Shown: positions 61,901-64,000 of the stretch, piece after piece | Layout of the letters: each line of letters starts with the position of its first letter | Numbering within the stretch: the stretch's first letter is position 1 | NCBI GenBank assembly: GCA_021802505.1 | Contig: JAJZXE010000002.1 | Coordinates: forward strand, 11,770 to 75,769 | DNA from: Nanobdellota archaeon | GTDB taxonomy: Archaea; Nanobdellota; Nanobdellia; Parvarchaeales; Parvarchaeaceae | Length of the DNA stretch: 64,000 nucleotides | Reading direction: 5' to 3' | Program-made: the position numbers and the translations under genes | Notes under the pieces: model-generated | The model's input: only the letters and a program-made list of their open reading frames with translations | What the model was told of the DNA's origin: nothing | Database searches by the model: none

Positions 61901-62605
61901 GAAAAATATCGTTTTGTTTGTGCCGGCTTGCAGCGAACCGCCCGCTGGGAACGGGCTGGACTTACAAGCGTGATCGGATACATTGCTTACACGAAATGTG
62001 AAAACTCCATAACTTCCGGTAAACTTTAAACTGTTGTTTACGGAATACTTTGTAACACCGCCGTAGGTAACGCTCCAATTCTCATCCGCAGGAAGATACT
62101 GCTCGTTAAAATAAGTAGTACACTCAGACTTGAAGAAAATTTCTACGGTATTACCTGCCCGGACAATGCCGCCGAACTCGCTCGGAATAAAAACGCAACC
62201 GTTCACAGATACATTATTTATCTGGAAACTTATTGATCTGCTGTCCGAGGTGACAAAGTCGGTATTCGTATTGGAGTAAAACTTATTTGAATCGTAGGAA
62301 ACATGCCATAGAATGCCAGTCGGCAGGCCTGACTCCTTAAAAGTAGCGCTGTAAACCGCAGGCGGCGGGATAGTCACGTTTGTCTTGTTTATGGTAAGGT
62401 TTGTTGTATTTATATGCGAGATTACCGGCCGTGAAAGCAGCTTTGTGATTGAAGCGCCAAGTATATTTGTAGATACTGCGAGGTAAAAAAGGATTACTAC
62501 AAGTATGATTAAAAGAATAAAAAAGGCCGTAAGATGCGGCTTAAAGCTCCTTTTTTCTTTATTACTGTGAACTAAACGTTTAGTGTTATTATTACTGTGA
62601 GTCAT
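49940..62605 (-). CDS. Giant (4221 aa) membrane-anchored, hyper-N-glycosylated modular surface protein
   Basis: Single uninterrupted ORF. N-terminal signal-anchor 'HLTAFFILLIILVVILFYLAV'. About 29 tandem domains of 78-100 aa, each with the 'F.E.GLP.G..W.V.Y(N/D)G' motif. In the C-terminal half, about 5 modules of roughly 550 aa begin 'N.SQ..(S/A)T.QPFQQMINL(T/S)...SWLE...YWIKLP', contain 'TGEAPQLS.TYAEYDDGANVFNFYDNFAGT' and end 'WVRTRAYPP.GVMPS'. Hundreds of NxS/T sequons, very low charge, Ser/Thr/Asn/Gly-rich. Confidence 0.85.
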   Translation of the reverse strand: MTHSNNNTKRLVHSNKEKRSFKPHLTAFFILLIILVVILFYLAVSTNILGASITKLLSRPVISHINTTNLTINKTNVTIPPPAVYSATFKESGLPTGILWHVSYDSNKFYSNTNTDFVTSDSRSISFQINNVSVNGCVFIPSEFGGIVRAGNTVEIFFKSECTTYFNEQYLPADENWSVTYGGVTKYSVNNSLKFTGSYGVFTFRVSNVSDHACKSSPFPAGGSLQAGTNKTIFFITPCTVKTNKVVFLENGLPTGIEWNVSYDNMDNASASGSISFIPSPANFTSNFTVSKVSLGNCLFTPDPAAGSAAPGSIIPINFSSSCLTGFYEEGLPVNETWQVNYDSSSLYNKSPDNISFFVGLGSFPFSVNNVVVNNCTYYPSSNASSPLSSGSRITVVFTPACISTFHERGLPAGLEWSVAYDGIILNSASSSITFSTAPGNFSFNVFNSTRGGCIYSPAPSSGNLSASATATIAFSKVCHTDFASSGLPQGISWEVEYDNQTRDGSYNSTIEFPYYPNTVFSYNVSTIIIGNCTYTPYPANGSITAGALQNIHFSGACSTEFFESGLPSNDNWSVTYDGKTRSTLSNTMFFHTVNGSYSFNASSVLSGGGCYYVPSPSSGSAAAGGNESILYVNECVTAFIDPGLPQGANWSVTYNGIKKNSVTQNISFLMQPGKYYYQISTADYKNCFYEPNVTSGSILVGHPVHVSFSLTSCDTIFTEKDLPAGASWQAALNGSTTDSQSNKIQFTSVPGSYSFSVPKLSIGNCVFSPENGSGAVQAGANVSENFSSSCITAFKESGLPSSMDWTAYFAGQNKSSSSNSISFTSLYGNYSYSVAEVPAGGTCHYYPQPLSGNDTAGVTVNLNFIKECTTTFVENGLYSGTLWSVTYNGATVSSNSNKLSILQIPGNYSFKLYNEHGHNCNFAPLTKSRNTTSGSSVNVSFTPTTCTTYLTERGLPENQDWNATFNYTNSSGTNETSFVTNAGNFSLAVPAVNVSNCIFSTSYPSVVKAGSSIGLHFSATCYSNISEKGLPGTKWYFDLKPYLVNGNYVYQGNNLSTNSSHVEWISQNESRSFSVPGIPITSSCSFVPAPSSGGIAAGQNLKITFSDDCITTFRESGLPSGALWTVKYNGLNGTSSSNILTFTALNGQYNFSSYNVFSNGCNYVPNMTRGTVGSGSSLTIEFAPDYCITTFKENNLPQSYPWNVTYNGSFSKSTSNSISFNTSFSPSSFSYLILPKNISVSGCNINLTSNSGLAKIGSTVNIVYNNFCATYFNETGLPSSTKWSVDFNGITNSSSGSKIIILASPGSHTYYPSIVSVGSGCYYQPDTTKGSLSAGSSVAISYTLECNTTFMQQSLPSGALWNITYNGVTKKSSNQNITFVTSNSSYSFSSYSSIYSGCSYLPSPPSGTLKAGSSEAITFTENTCNTTFIESGLPSGTKWNLTYDGIQLSTSSRNVSVVTPAGIFKLSVANVKIGGCTYYSSPSSGSTVTGSLQKIHFSAKCYTTFNETGLPLNTTWSITYNGIATSSNTNSIKVPSLNGTYVFSASYVGNSTCYYQPSPSSGGLAAGSSKIINYSGGCTTNFIENGLPKSSKWNVVYDGINETSNSSEISFITPPGKFAYSISNLTIDNCFYTVTTNSTAAAGSNIYLVFNQTRCTSYFKESGLPKNINFTLSYNGANKTENDSTGNLISFVTSPGTFNFTAYTIKSGNCLFTPSPLSGHLSAGTSITIGYSALCNTYFNETGLPSGTTWKVTYDGITNFSSTSSLLISSIYSNFSFTVSSIQVSANCYLDPTPSSGSILAGSNKSITFASNCFTGFTETGLPSGTTWKVTYDGIDNSSSQSTILFNVPPGNYSFLVPAVNNSNCFYYSNSSSGYLVSGNYTQLKFTEKYCITTFRESGLPSSTKWNVTFAGVSNSSTTSTIAINSSKGTYSFTVPDQTVNGCVYTPSPQSGNISADSIISVSFSHSYCITTFRETGLPSETTWSAEYNSQSNSSNTTVLSFNTTYGTFTFSTNTIKQGQCTFTPSITKENFTSGSSVNITFSSICYSYFKEAGLPQGYKWEAEFGGKNGLSVNNTLKFITSYSSNYTLVVYPVVKYNSGFVSNVSRTYLPAGSNLTVAFSNDTSAYEKPFVLPVSFYNSQNISTSQPFQQMLSFNSSKYSGYENSRLSNIMFTYQNGSVIPSWLESGNSNRSNNTVYWLKIKSIPSKSGITIYMIFNRTLLQYANNFNNKTTGEAPQLSATYAEYDDGANVFNFYDNFAGTSLNTTKWNSYGSDQTSGSLSGISVNNSLSLTGGGTGGLSHETWIADTNIQWNSNIILDVYEDSPSASTTFRWGMTNTVPGTYFGGNPAFGIQVYKDGNWYTNAYSSAGIQNKIGSYPTNTYNIYSISATESRIIYYLNSYSSAPNAGQTITTNIPAFSSTIFLALTNEYTNPIYVRWVRTRAYPPVGVMPSIDINTTLVTTYLNETGLPQGYNWYALFNGINKSATSNSIMFSTVSGRYNLSVPVLSNVSSTLNCTSTYTPNITQAEENAGTNINIHFSLSDICTTSFVQNGLAPNSLWSVSFDGKNVSSVSSAIPGAVPAYIKYYRVIKIHNSQGVSTVSPLQQVVNLSHSIYAGLAASNFQNVEFFYQNGTIIPSWLANYIYSKYSVYWLNPGSIPANSSTNIYIGFASNSTVVLAKLSNSTSIDLGPYPQPSTGSQLPAELSENYTSCGNFFNMEYGGNLNMICSWGGGDVNIYMAGGNGGYSGLSITGASNGVGYYNHFFNTPYCLSSYGSIYLPPGEYKLATSRGNGGGGCGPGGFILTAPTLPISYPNGVMPKVTFILPNGTITVPDTPFGNYTATASTNSSCSTQSKYVQAGSISFFIGWNCTNKFIENNLPNNITWWVDYNGVNRSNITPKNISITSLSSGSGIYSYKAGFSKGYSLGMTKAGVSTNISLWNYTPSFNETGLPSNTAWKVIYNGKTHTSDINVIHFTDLLGNYSFSLPDNITTSTAVYIPNITKGYMESNGSLAISFSKKSLATPVSVYKYQVLNITNPETISTAQPFQQMINLTITSANSKYINQSGAHSLQNLEFFNTTTGKPINSWLESYHISSGTGYAIYWIKLPNGIQANTTLFDIAVGFASNSTDLFNNKTRGEAPQLSSTYGQYNDIGNVMNSGLQYQIYYDSGGACDSGSYQNNVYSATLNDGVTISSCASMVSSTIPFYTALSGSSQDVDGTTKSNVVINYQEGYSGGAAYPNPPVSNTGNSWIIKAIGWAEVNSATTFYVGSDDGIALGYSTTAGQGNGAYWLGGTSNPNNLVSQWHTEPFTAYSGVESSLGTVRIEMDYYEDGGGAYTALWSNNAVSYYSPTAPPDGIIPSVKFNNLVTNPINLFINGLSNNNVTAIYGQTSNFTVESNNNYVKLWDIINNSVTSLTSFSRNISTYASSPSIGKIRVIGGSNSSSINNISYYETINKAVPSLSLTSKPGVNYTYNGTNLTVTAAISTINSQVTATLYINGVLNKTITTTTTINLGKYANNYTIVLNTSGNANYTSNSVTIKRVINPSLSTLLDYYLPINITNVQSTATPAPFQELVNLSYSNYKQYINLSSGHQFQNVVFYNKTSDKKINSWLENYTSKYALFWIKLPDGIPANTTITNIVIGLVHNSTDLFNNKTTGEAPQLSPTYAEYDDGANVFNFYDNFAGTTLKAGWNSGPSGVTVAVNNGVTITPGGTAGSFAYDGITYSNQTFSAPFIAESLGDIINSTNMVMIGGSNYITPSATSDQFDVNAWANSRGGWYYNGKVALLNGAQNVSTNGTYIAQVIIKNTSSITASILTTTYSVDNNMTASETNYNNPVFYLTLGNPGPGSPNNIIHANWVRVRAYPPSGVMPSISFGQAVIPASVENYAKIAINNSQSAATPQPFQQMINMTSSVYKGYAAPNFQNIEFFYPNGTLIPSWLENYSYSKNALYWIKTGSIPASSSITIYIGFASNSTNLFNNKTTGEAPTLSPNYGEYDDGANVFNFYDNFAGTSLNTTKWNSGNSGGTLTIDNGLTEVVPYNAAAGSYVYLSSASYTVSGAQILESYANTNSFDTTNFRIVPDALTALNNTAWHADNGENENAVGWAGNVQAHSTITAETTTTSAANYFDTSQITSDSNYHIFGVLYPDNGSTSVQYGYTNWGSTTTDVPATPLYVTVSYYLNPAQTTFSTSYNLNVYWVRTRAYPPAGVMPSVTFSSVS
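50571..50690. repeat. Intragenic DNA repeat copy 1 (encodes 'TGEAPxLS..Y.EYDDGANVFNFYDNFAGT')
   Basis: Roughly 85-90% identical by eye to 51541-51660 and 55815-55925 (core 'gaa(g/a)ttgtcatagaa(a/g)ttgaatac(a/g)tt(a/g)gc(c/a)ccgtcatcatactc'). Confidence 0.7.
51541..51660. repeat. Intragenic DNA repeat copy 2
   Basis: Near-identical to 55815-55925 over about 100 bp ('ggcaaaattgtcatagaaattgaatacgttggcaccgtcatcatactctgcatatgttg...ctcaccggtagttttgttattgaa'). Confidence 0.7.
55815..55925. repeat. Intragenic DNA repeat copy 3
   Basis: See copies 1 and 2. A companion repeat set encoding 'WVRTRAYPP' lies at about 49960-50010, 50985-51030 and 55245-55290. Confidence 0.7.
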
Positions 62606-62835
62606 ATTCCGTCACACTACTTAAAAAGTAAAGAATTTGACATATATATGGTTTATATGGTGCCGGCGTATAAAAATATTTGATTTTATACAGGAATATC
62701 TGTCCATTACTTTTGAAACAATCTAAAATAACCGGGTTATCTTATTCTGCCTGAATCCATAAAAATACAAAATAATAGATTTTAGACAAAACACAAGCAG
62801 TAGTTAATATTTTATGAAGTACAATATCTAATTAT
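62606..62835. promoter_or_regulatory. AT-rich divergent promoter region between the giant surface-protein gene and xth
   Basis: 230 bp, more than 70% AT. 'ctttttaag' lies about 20 nt upstream of the giant gene ATG on the minus strand. 'ttaatatttta' lies about 30 nt upstream of the xth ATG. Both look like leaderless-style TATA placements. Confidence 0.3.
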
Positions 62836-63594
62836 ATGAGAATACTGTCGTGGAACGTGAACGGGTTACGAAGCGTTGCGAGAAAGGGAGCTATACAGAG
62901 CATTCTAGACCCTAAATTGTATGCTGCGGTTCTATTGCAGGAAATAAAGGCCGAAAAGATAGACAATGAACTGGAAAAGAAAGGATATACTGCATATTTA
63001 ATGCCCTCTAAGGATAAAAAAGGCTACAGCGGAGTGGCGACACTGTGCAGAGACAAACCCATAAAAGTAATATACGGTATAGACAATGAAAAATTTGATA
63101 AGGAAGGCAGAGTGATAACACTGGAGTTCAGGGATTATTTCCTGATAAACAGTTACTTTCCCAATTCAAGAAGGGATTTGAGCAGGTTAAGTTATAAAAT
63201 TGAATTTAACCGGCGGATTCTTGAATTTATGGAAAAACTAAGAAAAATCAAGCCAATTATAATAGGGGGAGATTTCAACGTCGCGCACACTGCCTTGGAT
63301 ATAGCAAGACCGAGGGAAAACGAGGGAAACGCCGGTTTTACCGGAGAGGAAAGAGGATTTGTAGATTTGATGATTGAAAAAGGGTATGTTGACACGTTCA
63401 GGATGTTCAATAAAGACAAAGGAAATTATACATGGTGGACTTACCTGTACAAAAGTGCGAGAGAAAACAACATCGGCTGGAGGATAGATTATTTTTTTGT
63501 ATCGAACGAACTGAAAAAAAGAGTCAGATCCGCGGGAATACTGAAAAATCAATTAGGCTCCGACCATGTGCCGGTTTATGTGGAAATCGATTAG
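62836..63594 (+). CDS. xth: Exodeoxyribonuclease III / AP endonuclease
   Basis: 'MRILSWNVNGLRS', 'LLQEIK', 'GGDFNVAHTALD', 'GFTGEERG', 'WRIDYFFVS' and 'GSDHVPV' are ExoIII/EEP motifs. Confidence 0.9.
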   Translation: MRILSWNVNGLRSVARKGAIQSILDPKLYAAVLLQEIKAEKIDNELEKKGYTAYLMPSKDKKGYSGVATLCRDKPIKVIYGIDNEKFDKEGRVITLEFRDYFLINSYFPNSRRDLSRLSYKIEFNRRILEFMEKLRKIKPIIIGGDFNVAHTALDIARPRENEGNAGFTGEERGFVDLMIEKGYVDTFRMFNKDKGNYTWWTYLYKSARENNIGWRIDYFFVSNELKKRVRSAGILKNQLGSDHVPVYVEID

Positions 63595-64000
63595 AATACC
63601 GGCTGGTCCTGGAATATGCTTATGCCACCGTTTCCTATGTCGAAAGGATGCATGCCTGTGCTGTGTGATGAAAACCGCATCTTCACTATTGCAATCGCCT
63701 TTTGATAAAAGTTCTGGTTAAAGACCATCGAAAGCAGTATGACCATGTCCGACAGATAAATCGGTATGGCTATATCTTCCGAAAGCTCCATTCTGTTTAT
63801 ATCGCCGTATCTTTCTATTGTAACTAATGCTGTACCAAATTTCCTAAGCATGTTAAACGTTTCTGTAAGTACATTTCTCTGCAGTGACGGATCCTTTATC
63901 TCCCATAACAAAGGGGTAAGCGGATCTATCACTATCCTCGCGTGTTTCTCTTTCCTTGTTTCCAGGATCTTCGGCAGTTCTATCGAAAGAAAGTTCTTGA
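63591..64000 (-). CDS. KaiC-like / RecA-superfamily ATPase, C-terminal fragment (the gene continues past the window end)
   Basis: The reading frame stays open upstream of the track's GTG start ('...KEKHARIVIDPLTPLLWE...'). 'RIVIDPLT' resembles Walker B/'VVIDSLT', and 'IVKMRFSSHSTGMHPFDIGNGGISIF' resembles the KaiC-family C-terminal block. Confidence 0.5.
   Translation of the reverse strand, partial: KNFLSIELPKILETRKEKHARIVIDPLTPLLWEIKDPSLQRNVLTETFNMLRKFGTALVTIERYGDINRMELSEDIAIPIYLSDMVILLSMVFNQNFYQKAIAIVKMRFSSHSTGMHPFDIGNGGISIFQDQPVF

Noticed and set aside
49940-62605. Numerous 60-115-aa ORFs on the plus strand inside the giant gene (for example 51194-51538, 56637-56888, 59166-59453, 60022-60309, 61665-61973)
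   Set aside because: All lie antisense to, or out of frame within, a single well-supported 12.7-kb ORF. They are low-complexity translations of the repeat DNA with no start context.
1-64000. CRISPR arrays, IS elements, integrases or prophage
   Set aside because: No regularly spaced direct repeats outside the giant gene. No ORF has DDE, serine or tyrosine recombinase motifs. The UvrD-nuclease and Lhr genes look chromosomal, not mobile-element cargo.

Overview
This 64-kb window looks like a compact, low-GC archaeal chromosome segment. The gene set and style are Thermoplasmatales-like (Ferroplasma, Cuniculiplasma or Picrophilus type). The evidence is tightly packed genes that often overlap by 1-30 bp, AT-rich leaderless-style upstream regions with TATA-like boxes, many membrane or surface proteins crowded with N-x-S/T sequons, and archaeal-type SpeH. 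I saw no rRNA, CRISPR array, integrase or transposase, and I could not confidently call any tRNA by eye.

The window is dominated by one 12.7-kb gene (49940-62605, minus strand). It encodes a 4221-aa membrane-anchored, hyper-glycosylated surface protein. It has about 29 short 'GLPxGxxWxVxY(N/D)G' domains, about 5 larger modules that each end in 'WVRTRAYPPxGVMPS', and near-identical internal DNA repeats.

Recognisable genes include ribA-like GTP cyclohydrolase II, Nudix hydrolases, an SDR, an aldo-keto reductase, isochorismatase, an FMN reductase, MFS transporters, a PadR-ABC exporter operon, Fe/Mn superoxide dismutase, SpeH, Bcp peroxiredoxin, endonuclease III, dCTP deaminase, exonuclease III, DeoC, a DapA-family aldolase, a HAD-IIA phosphatase and a GlpA-like FAD dehydrogenase. 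There is also a cluster of DNA-processing enzymes: a UvrD-like helicase fused to a RecB-family nuclease, an Lhr-core helicase with its metallophosphoesterase partner, and a DEAD-box helicase.

Candidates for new biology are:
- the giant modular surface protein;
- a cytochrome b-like protein with a roughly 190-aa glycosylated insertion in its ef loop;
- three paralogous cassettes of paired small membrane proteins ('KHR(K/R)DKAPL' family) scattered around speH;
- a five-gene, co-directional operon of proteins with no recognisable homology (43062-45994);
- a Nudix-methyltransferase fusion;
- a Nudix / nucleotidyltransferase / unknown gene string.

Every call comes from reading the translated ORFs by eye. 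No database search was possible.
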